Part shown: positions 22,950 to 36,760 of the stretch, in pieces | Position numbering within the stretch: the stretch's first letter is position 1 | How the letters are laid out: every line of letters begins with the position of its first letter | DNA from: Octopus sinensis | Taxonomy: Eukaryota | Assembly (NCBI RefSeq): GCF_006345805.1 | Contig: NC_042999.1 | Coordinates: 122,326,001 to 122,390,000, forward strand | DNA: 64,000 bases | Direction of reading: 5' to 3' | Notes under the pieces: generated by a model | What the model saw: the letters and a program-made list of their open reading frames with translations, nothing else | Database searches by the model: none | Told to the model about the DNA's origin: nothing | Translations under genes and position numbers: made by a program

Positions 22950-23520
22950 TCATCATCATCATCGTTTAACATCTGCTTTCCATGCTAGCATGGGTTGGAC
23001 GATTTGACTGAGGTCTGGCAAACCAGATGGCTGCACCAGGCTCCAAACTTGATCTGGCAGAGTTTTTACAGCTGGATGCCCTTCCTAACATCAACCACTC
23101 CGAGAGTGTAGTGGGTGCATTTATGTGCCACCGGCACAGGGGCCATTCAGGTGATACTGGCAACGACCTCCCTTGAATCTTTTTGCACAGGTGCTAGTAA
23201 GGCAATGCTGGTAACGATCATGCTCGAATGGTGCCTTCTACGTGCCACCGGCACGGAAGTCAGTTAGCTGCTCTGGCAATGATCACACTCGGATGGTGCT
23301 CTTAGCACCCTACTAACACGGGGCTCAAGTGCCAGTAAGGCGATGCTGGTAATGATCACACTTGAATGGTGCCTTTTATGTGCCACTAGCACAGAAGCCG
23401 GTTAGCCGCTCTGTCAACAATCACACTCATATGGTGCTCTTTGCACCCTGCTAGCATGGATGCCAGTCATCGAATTTGATTTTGATTTCACTTGCCTCAG
23501 TAGGTCTTCACAAGCAGAGT
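22950..23520 (-). mobile_element. 5'-truncated RTE-type LINE 3' end with an internal about 145-bp tandem duplication
   Basis: Same family as 15120-15510. The block GTGC(T/C)AGTAAGGC...TGGTGCTCTT.GCACCCT occurs twice (about 23190-23460). Confidence 0.75.
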
Positions 23521-25066
23521 TTAGCTCCCCTACCATGCAGGTATGGGTCAGATTGTTTGAAAGAAGCCAACCAGGTAGAAGACTACCCCAGGCTACTTTA
23601 ATGAAAAATTTCTAAGTAATTTTCCTATGATAGATGTAGTGTAAACATTTTCACAAACAATCTCAAAGTAAGTTTGGTAATGATTTTTAATGAAAATAAT
23701 TGAATAAAGGTAGTAAAGAACAGGAGAGGAAGAGAAAATGAGACAGTCAGACAGACAGACAAATACAAACATTTTGAAGAAAGAAAGTGAAAGTAAGAAA
23801 GTGTGTAGAAGAAAGGCGAAACGTATTAAAATAACAGAGGAAGAGAGAGAAGAGACAAAGACTAAATGAAAAATGACATTGGAAAAAGAAGCGATGGGGA
23901 TAAGAGAAAGAAAAAGTTACAAAGATAGGGAAACAAAAAGACTAATAGAATCAATAATTAAGGAAGAAGTAGAAAAAGAGAAAAAGAAATAATAGGGATA
24001 TAAATAAATCTAAGACATTAAAAAACACTATTTATTTAGTAAATAAAAAACGCTATATATTTACTAAATAAAAAATAGTTTTCTGATTGAAGCATATAGT
24101 TGAAATTTTCAATCATAAAATAAACCTTGGAAACCACAGTTTGCTAAAAATATTTCAAAATTGAAGTTAATAAGAAATTCCCGGACTGTGTACACTTTGA
24201 TAATTGCTTTCTTTTAGTAAAAGTTACATACTCCTCACAAATTAAAAGCAGCTTTCTGTATTATATATAGATAGATGGTGATAGCACTGCATTCAGATGA
24301 CATTATCATCTAGTTTAACAACTTTTGTAGTTTTAGTAAAGAACCTTTGATGCTTGTTTAGGTAAAAAGAAGTACTTCCATCAACTGCAATTATCCAAGT
24401 ATTTGGTAAATAAAAATTCATTCTAGAAACTTTAAAATATAAAATCAACAAGTAAGGAAAGTAACTAAGAATATCAGCTGATTAAAAATTTTGGATAATG
24501 TAGAAAATTAGGCACTTTCATTCTGGCTACATTTTCTTTTGTCTATACAAATGATTGACCATAGTACATTTTCCTTTTTCTGCGTTCTTCTGACCCTTGT
24601 CTATATCTTTTTCTTCTGAGTAATGTTAGTTTGTATTATATTTCTCTATATGAGACGAAAGAATATTCCTTGCACTCTTTGAATGGTTACAGCTTATGTA
24701 AACTCTTTCCACACAGTTTTCGTGGATTCATTGAAGTTCCATGGGCAGTCTCTTTTTAAACATTGGAATCAATGTCAGCACAATGCAACAACTTTACAAT
24801 TGATGGGACTTCAGTAAGGTGCAGAATTTAGCTATAGAACACAGAGACACAGAACAGATATACTGCAAGGCATTTTGTCTGGTGCACTAACAATTCACTA
24901 AGCCACAGCCCTGGATTTTATTTATCTACCATGGAAGGGTGAAAGACAAAGCTGATGTCAGGAAGATTTTAGCTGGAATAAAAACTGCAAGACATTTTAT
25001 TTGATACTACAACAACTCTGCACACATACACACACACACACACACACACGCATGCATGCACGCGCA

Positions 25067-25101
<35 letters not shown>

Positions 25102-25169
25102 TTTTTTAAATATATTTTATTCATCCTCCTTTATTACACTTATCAATTCTCTTATACATGATTTTAGGC

Positions 25170-26990
25170 ATTTTTTACACCTGCTACTTTTTCTTTGTTA
25201 TAGCTCTATATTTGTATCAAGCCATATTCTGTCTGCATGCAGGATATCTATTTCATATTTATATAAGCTCTAGGATGTTAGTAGTTTTTTTCTTGTTTTC
25301 CTATCAAAGCTCTTTTGTTCACTTCCAGTTTATTATGTTGAGCTGTAGTTCATCCCTGGGATAGCTAATGTTATAAGTTTTATTTCTAATATAGCTTTCA
25401 CTTTTTAATATTATTAGATCGATTTTTCTTTAGTCCTATCTTTTTTAATTTTTGTTCTCTATTTCTGTATCTTGCACTTTATCAATTTCATGTATTTCTA
25501 AGTATGTGTAAGACGTTTTTGTTCCAATTCTCTGAATTCAGTGTTTAGATGTAAATTCATATTCTCAGTTTTAATTAAATTGCCAATAGCACATCTACTT
25601 TTCCCATATTCGTTATTATGCCCTCAGTGAATAATTTTTAAAGGATCTCCAGTTGGGCATTGTCCTGGGTAACAGAAATTTAAGTTATCCATATAGTGTA
25701 GATGATGTATTATTTGATGTTAATATTGTTGATGGAGACTAAGTTGAGCAGAAGAGAGGATAAAGACTTCTGATGTGAATTCATGTATTGAAACAAATTT
25801 TGTTGTATCTTGGGAGAGTCATTACACCAATAATAACACACATGCAGGTTCAATTCCACTTCTTCATTACTAGTTAGTTGGTTTGATATTTAACCAAATG
25901 GCCAACAATAAAGAAGTAGAATTGAACCTGTTCATGTGTTATTATTGGTGTTACGACTCTCCCAAGACACCACAAAAACAGGATAAAGAATTATGCTAAT
26001 AGGTTTCACTTCTTATAGTGTAGGCCTGGTTATTAATGCCTTCTATTTGCCTGCAGTGAAATGGCTGTTTTCCATTGAACAATGCATGTTTTATGTACCT
26101 TGTTAGCATTGGAGCTACTTTATCTATATGCAGTGTCTCTAGTATCCAAATGTGTGGTATTCTTTCAAATGCTTTTTGATAATTAATTCATGCCAGCAGT
26201 GTTAATGGTTTTTTTTATCTTCTCTTCATGGTGTCTTCAGCAATTGCTTGGTTCCCTAGTAGCAGCTCATTACAAATATGTTACTATATACATAAAGAGC
26301 AAGATTGTTACAGGGCATAGATGTAAGGATTTTGTATGTAATTACTAAACAAAGTTATAGATTTGAAGCTTTGGGCTTTTTGTTTTGAGAATCCATATTG
26401 CTTTCTCCTTTAGTGACCATACAGTTGTAAATTCTAGCTTGTTTATTCATTCATTGAATTCCATTACCATAAATTCAGGACTACTGGTTTGCTATTTCAA
26501 CCAGAAACTGGGGATTTTGTCAATCATGTGTAAGCTCCAGAATGCATATCTTTATCATGCTGCTGAATTCTTCACTAGTTTTGTTGGGCCATACTTTCTA
26601 TGTTATTCTGTTTTACTTATCCTTTTAATTTTTAATCACTTCTGGTTTTTGATTATGCTGAATTTTATTATTACATTTCAGTTGTTTTGTTTTTTACTGT
26701 ATGCTTCCAATGTACTATCAAGAATAGCTTTGCATGTCTTTTAAATATACAGTGTTTTGTTTCATATTATTATCATGATTATTCAGCATTTGGTGGTTTC
26801 ATGCAAATTTCTACTATATCAACTGTTTCACCTCTGTGTTGCTGGGGTGTGTGCAGCATTGTATCTTCTTTTTTCTTGTTGGGGGAGTGCAAGCTCTTCC
26901 CAGTATTGTATTTCATCAGTTTCTTTTTGTTATGAGGTCTGGTGTAGTTTTTGTTGTATTAGTGTTAGTATCGTGTGTTGTGAATGAAAT
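25170..26990 (-). mobile_element. Decayed R4/Dong-type LINE reverse transcriptase region
   Basis: Minus-strand fragments IDKIPSFWLK, AWINYQKAFERIPHIWILETL, LYMDNL, IINWK and FDRKTRK, with many stops and frameshifts. Interrupted by a palindrome at about 25797-25978. Confidence 0.7.
25797..25978. repeat. About 180-bp near-perfect palindrome (MITE-like hairpin)
   Basis: Arms 25808-25863 and 25912-25967 are reverse complements with few mismatches. Pairing extends outward and inward to TTGGTT-tgatattt-AACCAA. Confidence 0.88.
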
Positions 26991-27189
26991 GCCTCAAATA
27001 CTCAAATAAATAATTATGAAGATAGTAACAGTAGTAACAATAGCAGAAATGAAGATTACATCTAGTGAAATGCTGTGGTCTGTCCATACAGCAGTTATGT
27101 TAAAATGAACCTTCTTTTCATACAAATCAAGGAGATGAAATCTTTAGATCTATTACACTTTCAAGAATATATTTTTAAAGGAAAGAAAA

Positions 27190-27690
27190 AGCTTTACCAG
27201 GTGCTCATGAATGCCGGATTTTGATAGGTTGAAGACTTCTGCCAATTCTCGAGTTGTGCAATGTGGGTTATTCTCAATTAATGACTTGATTTGGTCATCA
27301 TCTGTTGTGGATGGTCTGCCTGATCGCTCTTTATCAATAAGACTACAATCTCCAGCTCAGAACCTTGCAACCACTTCCATACAGTTCTTTTGGATAAAAA
27401 AACATCACCGTAAACTGCGCATATTTCTTTGGCTGTTTGTGAGGCATTTTTCCCTTTATGGAAAAAGAAAAGCATCAAGTGCCGAAAATGAACTTTCTTA
27501 TCTTCCATTTTAAAGGCTTACAGAATTAATACAGCTTATAGGAACATAAACCTTCTTCCACGAAAAGATAGCTTAAACTGTGCTCTAAATGGAAGTGTAG
27601 TCAAATCCTATTTTATGGACTCAACTATGTTCTAAAATAAGTTGAAATGTAAGCTACTAAAAATTGGCACGAACTTTCTGGACAACCCAA
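27190..27690 (-). mobile_element. Mariner (mellifera/Famar1-like) 5' remnant: left TIR and N-terminal transposase
   Basis: TA-TTGGGTTGTCCAGAAAGTTCGTGCCAATTT terminus. MEDKKVHFRHLMLFFFHKGKNASQTAKEICAVYGD, then after a frameshift DDQIKSLIENNPHCTTRELAEVFNLSKSGIHEHLVKL. Truncated. Confidence 0.9.
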
Positions 27691-28519
27691 TATATGTGGG
27701 TGGGAAAATTTGTAAAGCCAAATAGCTTTCTTTGCCACAGGAGTTAATCTAAGAGAAGCAGTAATAGCAGCAACAGCAGTATTGGAGCATGTGCTGCAAC
27801 AGCATGTCACTACATCCACTATTTATTGGTGATTCCCTACTTCTGGTGGATGATACTTTTGCACCTCTCATACCATGGGTATGTTTGGATAGTCATTGAG
27901 GGTTTTATTATGTCAGAATGCAAATCCTACCTCAATCTCTTTTAGTCACCTATTATGACATGCAGAAGAAACCTTTGGTCTATTCTTTGATATACCAGCC
28001 CCCACTTAACACTAATGCAATGTAAAAGGAAGTGTTTTGTTTATGTACACAATATGACACCTGGTCCAGGAATTGAACCTATGATTTGGTGATCATTATG
28101 TAATACCATAGACACTAGGTTACATGCCTTTGCCTAGAAGCAAAAAAAAAAGTTATATATTTCTGCAAATAAAAGAACAGAAGCAGACTAAATTTTCCCT
28201 CGCATCCAGTGGTACAAGTTCTCCAGAATATCTTAGAAGTTCTCTCAATTTAAAAAGGTAGAAGTTACAACACATCCACCATACCTTTAAAACTAAAGAT
28301 GCAGCCAAACAGGCCGAAATTGTTAGACATACTCCCACTTTCATTGTTCAATACATGGGTCAAATAAATACAATAGTAATGATTAGAGAAATCTGAAGCA
28401 GCATAGATCTGTGGCTAGTTGTCACTTTTGTATCATGGTATGAGTGAATGGTCAAGGCAAAGCTAATGAAAAGTGACAATGTTGTCAGAAGACATCAAAA
28501 TGGATTTGCAGATGGAAAC

Positions 28520-29170
28520 CTATATATCTACTTGCAATTTCTGACCTATTCTATCTTCCTTGTTTATCATCATTTCTTTTATTTTTGTCATATCAAGTCT
28601 TAGGCGATGATCTCTAACAATGTTAGCATAATTTAAGGTTTCTACAAGTGATGAATTGTCAGTTTTGCAAAGTACTTTTGGTAATCTCAGCAGTTAGAAT
28701 ATTTTCTATTTCATCATAGCTACTAAGATACCAGCATCAGCTACTTCACTGACTGAATGTTTTTAATGGATTCTTCGTTACATCAGCCAGGTTTTTGTTT
28801 GATTACCAACTCAATGGAAACATTTTGTTCTCATTACCGCAATAAAGCCGATAAAAACTCCTTGTGAAGATTTATCTTCTGAACTGTCATACGTGGCATA
28901 AGAACAGCCAGTAATGTCTAGATAAGGAAGTTTTCCCAACTCTTGAATAATATGGAATCATTCTTGCATTTAAACTTTAATTATACTTTAACCAGCTTCA
29001 AACAGAATTTTCATTTTAGAATGTTTTCCAATATCGTTCATTCTACATTCTGCAAGTGATAGCTGATAAATTTGACTTGCAAGTCTTTTTAATTCAGATT
29101 CAATATCTCATCTAAACTCATCATTTTTACCTGGTGATTATCTTTTATTTATGTTTACTGATATATGAAT
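28520..29170 (-). mobile_element. Ty1/copia LTR retrotransposon RT-RNase H remnant (GalEa-like)
   Basis: Minus-strand fragments ELKRLASQI, GCSYATY..SEDKSSQGVFI, MFPLSW, and CKTDNSSLVETL..VRDHRLRLDMTKIKEMM (copia RNase H TDN.SL / RLR.D motifs). Stops and frameshifts; no LTR found. Confidence 0.75.
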
Positions 29171-29318
29171 AATATACATAAATCTTAGTATACACTAATT
29201 TCCTTCTTGCAGTGATTAACATTCTGCCCTAAATACTCTTATGAGTGCCTACTTTAAATTATTTTTCTTAACACTGCAGTCACATCATCCATCTTATTAC
29301 TTCTGACCAGTGTAGGGT

Positions 29319-29349
<31 letters not shown>

Positions 29350-32279
29350 ACATGATTCTTCTTATTTTCTATTGCATTATGTGTTACATCAATTACCTCT
29401 TTTACTTGTTCCTGCTCATCTACTTTAACAGCTTGTTTAGTTACTATTCTCCATTGATTCACATGATTCTAGTTAGCTCAGAAAGGATCTTTATCCTACT
29501 CTTTTGATATTCTGTTCAAGCAACAGGTGTAATTTCTTATTGTCTTTGGTTGTGGTTAGTTTTCCCTTTTTTTCACTACCTATTTATTTCATATTCCTGC
29601 TCCTGCTCAGAGAAGCTAGAAAAAAATATATATATAATTAAAGCAGTAATAACAACTGTGGAGGTGGCTGATTCTACAATATCAGCAGGTGCAATACTAG
29701 AAATCTCAAATGCAATTTCTTCCTTCTCAGTTACAAAAACCAACTACAAGAATGTGAGAGCTCTTTTTCTAATCATAAAAAGCTGACTACCACCTCATTT
29801 TTATTGTCTTAAATCAATGAAGCAGAGAGGGGAAGCAAAAAAATGGCAGACTCCTAGAAGCAATGTAAAAGGCAACAAAAGAAAATAATTGAAGTTCACT
29901 GTCCTTCACTGTACTTCATTCACCAATTGAAGAGATTTCCATTATTCCCTCAAAGGAGCAATTTAAAAAGCCCCTGTCAGTGCGTGAGGAAAAATGATTT
30001 CAAGCAACTGGAGCAAAATTTATGCGTCCTGCTTCACAAAAGAGAACAAGGTCAGATGACAGTCTGAGTAGTTGCATCAGACATCTATTCATAGGATGAG
30101 GCATAAATATTTGGGCAGCAAAATACAAAGGTCATGACCATGGACATAGTTTCAGGCATTGTCTTTTACTTGCCTTGTCAAAACCCTTTTGATGCTATAC
30201 AAGCAAATTGTGAGCACCTATGTGATGAGAAATGAGTTGTGGCTGTACAACATCTGCATATGCATATAGTTTCAAATGATACCCTCAGATAACAATGCGC
30301 TCCAAAATCTGCACTCCATTGTCAGTGCAGAACAGAAACCTTAAGTGTCACAAATCTTTCCACCTTCAAAAACTGAATAGATACTGGGAGTGGGGAAGAG
30401 AGTGTGGTGAACAGTAGCAAAGCCAAATCCAACAATTTCAGGACCAGAAGCTGCTATTACCAAATAACTACCATTTGCAGGTACTAGCACGGCTAAGGGA
30501 TGCACTTTGTTCACTTGTGATGAAATGGAATATAAACAGACATGGAAAGTTTTCAAGAACAATGAAACTGAAAAGAGATGAAAATTAATGAGCTCAAAAT
30601 TAAAGACATAAATGTGTAAAACACATTAAGTGGAGCCTCTCCATGATATAAGATTCATGGTCCCACAAAGAAGCAATATGTTCCTGACAGCAAAATAATG
30701 CATTCTGAGGAAATTGTGTTAACTGGGGAGGAAATAGGATAGTTTTTAAGAAGCACTCAGATGTCTATTATACCACTAAACACTTATTCTTGTCAAATTT
30801 TCAGTATTGTTTCATGTTCAACACAAAAATTGCTTACGGCATTAAGCTTCCAGTATCAAAAGTGCAAGTTAAGAAAAATAATTAGATGCTCTGATCTAAC
30901 TGGTTGGTGACATCTCAGCCATATGTTTGTGGGCTGTCCCATCTATTTTCTTATTTTTTAATTATATCTGTATTGTATATAGTTATCTTGTTAGTCATTG
31001 CATCTTGTGTTACTTAAAATATTTGAACATGCCATAATATATAGTGAATTATCTATGCTGCTCACCTAGTAATTTTAAAAAAAATATAACTTCTTTGTAC
31101 ATCACTATATACCATTGTGTCCTCTTTGTAACATGTCCATTGTATGTATGAATGGTGGCTATCCACTCAGACTTTTAGCTAAATGAGGTCGATAATATAA
31201 AATACCAAACAATTATTAGGACTGATTGAGTTAACTATTTCCTTCCCTCAAATTTCTGCTGGTGTATTTGTGCTAAAAACAATTCATGGTGGTGGATTAG
31301 CAGAATAATTAAATTTGTCAAAAAAAAGAAAATGCTTCATAGTATTTCTTCCTGTTTTACATTAAGAGTTAAAATTTTGCCAAGTTCAATTTTTAGAGCC
31401 AACAAGGTCAGTTTTGCCTTTCATTCTTCTGGAGTCAGTAAATCAAATTACCAGGACAAGTACTGGAGTTGATAAAGCTTTCTGCTCTCCTTCTTTAAAA
31501 TTCCTGGTCTTTTGACTATATAAGAAACTGTTATAATTTTTATTGAATTTTGGTCTGATGGCACCTGTTTGCATTTGACTTTGCTATGGATTTAATTCTT
31601 TGCGAGTTGTTTTCAAAGTTGGATGACTTTTTTCTGTATGCAATAGAATTGAAAAAAAAGAGGCAAGGTGATTTCTTCTGATTAATTTCAATGACCATTG
31701 GGCAGAATTAAAAATGCCACTATAAACATTTCTAGCATTCGATAAAAAATGTCAGTCAGACATTTCATCATAACAAGTAAAGGCCTTGACATTTGCATAG
31801 GAAACACACGCATGCAAAAGAGAAAAAATATTGTAAAAGAAGAAATTAACATTTTGAAAGGAAGCATAATGTTTCTAGCTTTATTAACATGAATGAGAGC
31901 ATTGTTAATGATTCACTTAACAATAGCAACAAAAGCAACAGCAACAACACACAGATTTGCAAATGCATACACTTTTGATAATGACATATCTAACAAGGAA
32001 ATTCAGGTCATAAGCTTGTTCCAGTCATATAAAGTTTGGCAGGGGTCTGTTACAAAGGATTCTGTCTGTCTGCATGAGGATTTTATCCAGATGCAGGCAA
32101 GTAAAATGATGATGCACCCCTGATTCCCACATAAAAAGGTGGGTTGTATGCCACAAAAAATTATTTGATGGAGGCCTCCTTCAATATGTGGGGTGGTATC
32201 TTGTCTGTATAGCATACAGCAGTGTCTATTTGCTATTCAGAACTGAGTGTAGTGCAAAATGGTAGATAGAGATAGTAAG

Positions 32280-32325
32280 ATTTTTTTTTCTTCTCTAGTT
32301 TCAGCTCAGAGCTGTGGCCATATAT

Positions 32326-32366
<41 letters not shown>

Positions 32367-32600
32367 TTAATAGTTATTGCCACGCTAACATGGCAGTCCA
32401 GGAAAATAGGACGAATGCTGCCATTGATTAGCTCCAAGAGGCCATCGCCTCTAGCTAGCTATGTGACACACAAACCTGTGTCCATTATAACCTTTGAACA
32501 GGGGAGGTCAGCCGCTTCCCCTTGCTGGTCTGGCATCTACAGACTAGTTTCGGGGTATTTACTCCTTATCAATGTAGAGCAGCTGAACCCAGCAGGCGTT
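32280..32600 (-). mobile_element. SINE-like repeat fragment
   Basis: The tail TCTAGTTTCAGCTCA..GAGCTGTGGCCAT is shared with 12636-12680. Body is GC-richer than the flanks and bounded by microsatellites. Confidence 0.5.
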
Positions 32601-32601
32601 T

Positions 32602-32657
<56 letters not shown>

Positions 32658-32862
32658 TATAACATATTATTATTAATATCAGGTAATCAATATAAGAAAA
32701 TTCTTCAGAAAGATATATACATGTGTAAAAGAATTGTTGTATTAAAAATATAAATATATGTAAATATGTATAAGTATAAATATATAATGTATATGACAAT
32801 TTAAAAGTTTTGAATTAAGTTTTTAAAGCATCTTACGATCGTTTCACAGAAGTGCTGTCCCT

Positions 32863-33281
32863 ATAATGGAATCCTATATTGATAAGCATTTATAGACAAC
32901 TCTTCTGCTCTTCAGAGATATAAAATTTGAATTTTGTATAATATATTGAATGGTAGTTCTTTTAAAACTATGAAGTAATACTATAAAATGGTGTTTGTTT
33001 GAAATATAAATTAAAAATGAAAAATTACTGCTTTTGATTTTAGTAAGTACACTTTAGTATGAGAGTCTTTAAATCCATATATACTTCCTTGGTTAGTTTT
33101 CTGTATTAATCCATAATAGTTATGTGTAAAATCCATTAAATTGTCTTGTATTCCACATGTTGTTCATAGACTTAGATAATATAGAATAATGGAATCCTAT
33201 ATTGATAAGCATTTATAGATAACTCTTCTGCTCTTCAGTAATATCAAATGTGAAATTTGTATAATTTAATGAATGGTAGTT
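32863..33281 (+). repeat. 96-bp direct repeat (32863-32958 and 33186-33281)
   Basis: ATAATGGAATCCTATATTGATAAGCATTTATAGA(C/T)AACTCTTCTGCTCTTCAG...GAATGGTAGTT occurs twice, 323 bp apart. Confidence 0.9.
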
Positions 33282-34009
33282 TTCCCAGATTACTTCATAA
33301 TTTTAAAATTATGCAGAAGTTTTGCTTATGTGAAACATGCAAGTAACAGACTGCTGATGAGAACCAAATGATCAGTTTGTGAATAGTTATACCTAGCTAC
33401 CAAGAGGATATTGGTAATTTGTTTACTCATTCCAGCATCTGAGTTGCACATATGCATTTTTAGGACAGAGCATTTTGTGTACAAAAATGCTAATTGCACA
33501 GAAGCAGAATATTACTTGGATTGTGCAGTGTTCTGAACATATCTAGCTAGTTACTTTTCATTTATGTGGGGGTAGGTTACCTTTTTTTTGTTACTTAAAT
33601 TTGTTTATGTTTTTATATAAATCCATTTGTTTATTTTGTATAATTTCATATCTAAGTTTATATTACCAACTTCTAGCATTAACATTAATGTATAATGCCC
33701 TTTTGACAAGGATATTACACATTAGTAGATATAATATATAATGGTCTTGCTGTATCACTTGTATTTTATATCATTATTTATGTGCAATTCTACATGTCAT
33801 CATATCTCCTTTTATTGGAAAATCTGGATAAAGGAAGGGATCTTGGCAAAATAAATGAAATAATCAACTCATATTTTTTTTTTTATTATTACCACCAGGT
33901 CTCATTTATTCATACAATAAAAATGCATGGGAAATATAGATTGATAGCATCATGTGAGTGTCAAACAACCTGCCTAGCAGATCAATTCAACACTACAATC
34001 TGAGTTTAA

Positions 34010-34217
34010 CCCTTTCGTTAAACCGGCTCGAGCTCTTTAGTACAAATGTCTTGTTTTCATAAGTTTTGAATTAAAATCTTCCACCAAACCTTAGTCACAA
34101 TTTATGTTCCTAACTCTAGCTGAATGATAACTAAGTTATTTTACTAAATTCTTTGTTATATTTAACATAATTGAAAGAAACACAGAACATCTCAAAATAA
34201 ATACAGTAACAAAAGGG
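34010..34217. mobile_element. piggyBac-type MITE (208 bp) inserted in a SINE B copy
   Basis: TTAA (34006-34009) CCCTTTCGTTA ... TAACAAAAGGG TTAA (34218-34221). SINE B sequence continues on the right. Confidence 0.88.
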
Positions 34218-36524
34218 TTAAATCCTGCTGCAGTCAATCTCGCCTTTCATCCTTTCAAGGTCGATAAAATAATATGTACCAGTCAAGTACTGGGGTTGAT
34301 TTAATAACTGGCTTTATGACTAAATTGGAAACAAATATTTCTAATATTTCCCCAAAGTTTGGATATTGGGATTTGCTTATCTCGGTATTACAGGCAATAC
34401 TCTGTTAATATTTCTGAGCCAGTAAGAAAACTAAGTTTAAGATTAACAATCAAACAATAACTGCAACAAATCAAAATAAAACATATTGCATGCAAAATAT
34501 GTGAAATAACTCCCCTAACTCTGTGTGTGTGACGAATAATATCTTAGTGGTGCATTTTTATCGCATACAAACATACAAAATTTTACTCAGGAAACCATAG
34601 ACATTCAGTCATTATTTTATCATGCCACAATCCAAATAAACATTCATTTTTCAAAGCCAGATGTACTTTTCAATGTGTATATATCCAATCTGTAAACATA
34701 TACCAGTAGATATTGATTGATACAGTCTTAGGAAGTATTTTTTTATACCTGTTGTTCAGAAGAAGTCTATTTATACTTCTCTGTTGCAAACAAAATAACA
34801 GCCAGCTTATGGATATTTGACTTCTATGAAGAAATAATATATCCTGATCGTCATCAACATCATCTTTGTTTTAACGTCCACTTTTTCATGCTTGCATGGG
34901 TCTGATGGAATTAATTGAGGCAAATTTTGAGTGGTTGAATGCCTGTCTTGTTGCTAGCCCTTCCCTGTTTCCAAGTAAGGTTATAATCCTCTTATAATCC
35001 CTTAGTCTATTCAACAATGAACTTCTTGGACAAAGTTAGAGGATTGAATGAAAACAAATCACGCTGTTTGAATGAGGCTTTTGTTTATAAAAATTACATG
35101 TGTCAAAGCATTTCAAGACATATTTTTGTAGTCGAATGCAAGCAAATGATACAGTCTACTTCAACAGAAAGCCTATTAAGAGTAAACAAACACAATAAGA
35201 TATATAAGCTTACTCACTCACACAAACACCTGTGCAAGATTCACTTCTTAGTTTCTATCTTCCAGTTTCATTTGTAAGGTATTATTCAACCCAATGATGT
35301 AACAGAGAACACTTGCTAACCACATTCAAGCAGTTGGACCAAATTTATTGCCACATAGTTCTAAAGCAAACTTTTTAGCCACATATCCTTGCCAAGCTAA
35401 GAAAATTATATTGGAATTTTGTCTTTACATCAAACTGATATAAGAAAGGAAGTGATTAAAATTCATATATGATTAATCCACGTACTTTGCTTACAATTAG
35501 GAACGTGTGAATGTTATGAAAAATGAAATCTGATTCAAATTGTATCAGCTGATACATGTTCATAGCTAAGGAGAATAGCCTTACAAGTAATTTAGTTATT
35601 TGTATGCTTATAATTAAATTCATACTCAAATGAAGATAATAGGGAACAATAAATTTTGCTGCATATGAAAATTTATTAGTGAGAATAAACTTATTTTCAT
35701 AAATATCTCTGTCTGTATCTAAATAGGTAAGCCAATTCTGCTTAAATTTTCTTTGTGAAGACATAATTTCTAATAAAAACATTTTATTTGGATAAATGTG
35801 CCTCTGAATCAATCAAATATCAATGTAATAAATGTTCAATGTCCTTTTGTAATTAAATCAGCACAAGTGGAAATTATTAATCAGTCAGGTTTTGAAGTGC
35901 AATAAGTTCAGGAAAGTTCATAATGTATATTTAGTTAAGAAATATGACTTAAATTGTTGACTGGAGAACTAACATTAGTACACACAGAATATAGGCTCAA
36001 CAGGCAATAATTGATTAATTTGTAAGTACAAACACATCTGTATATGTGGATAGGCATCTGGCATTGTTTATCTAAAGGTTTATATAGTTTGCATAGTTTG
36101 TACACTACTAGAATTATAAACTATCATTAAAATTTTGCTTTCATTCTGCTTCATTAAAAAGAAATCTGGTCTTCTTTCTCTATATTTTCCAATGGAATTC
36201 CATAACTTTAACACTATTTGTGCCCTGCCCAAAACTAGTATTGTATCATTAGCTAAGCCCTTGTAAAATATTAAATAAATAAAAAGATTTTGTGACAAAT
36301 GTTTCTGATTTAGGACAAGACCAAGAAATTTGACGAGAAGAATTAGTTGATACCCTCAATCCTTAGTGCTTGGCTGGTACTTTATCTTACATTCCATGGA
36401 GGGATAAAAGCAATGTTGACTTTGGCAGGATTTGGACATGGAATTAAAAGACCTGGAACAAATACTGTATGGTCTAATGATTCTGCCAGTTTGCTACCTT
36501 AAAGGATTTCATTATAATGTGCAC

Positions 36525-36760
36525 TTAGTCATCGTTTTCCAGGTTGACATGGGTTAGACGGTTTGACAGGGGTGGGCAAGCCAGAGGGGTGTACCAAGTG
36601 CAATTTAGCTGTTGTGGCATGGTTTCTATGGCTGGATGCCTTTTCTAATGCCATCTACTTTACTGAGTGTACTGATTGCTTTTTATGTGAAACCAGCACA
36701 AGTGCCTTTTATATGGCACCAACACCAGAGGGTTTGCTAAAAAGGCTTGCAAGACAAGGA
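36525..36760 (-). mobile_element. RTE-type LINE 3' tail fragment
   Basis: CATGGGTTAGACGG...GGCTGGATGCCTTTTCTAATGCCA, matching the family at 15120. Confidence 0.65.

Noticed and set aside
23470-23520. GTGAAGA...GAAA motif at the 5' edge of RTE tails
   Set aside because: No C3 and no proper helix II or I; better explained as the end of RTE ORF2.
29550-30600. GC-richer stretch with fragmentary frames, possible old transposase
   Set aside because: No diagnostic motif or termini identified.
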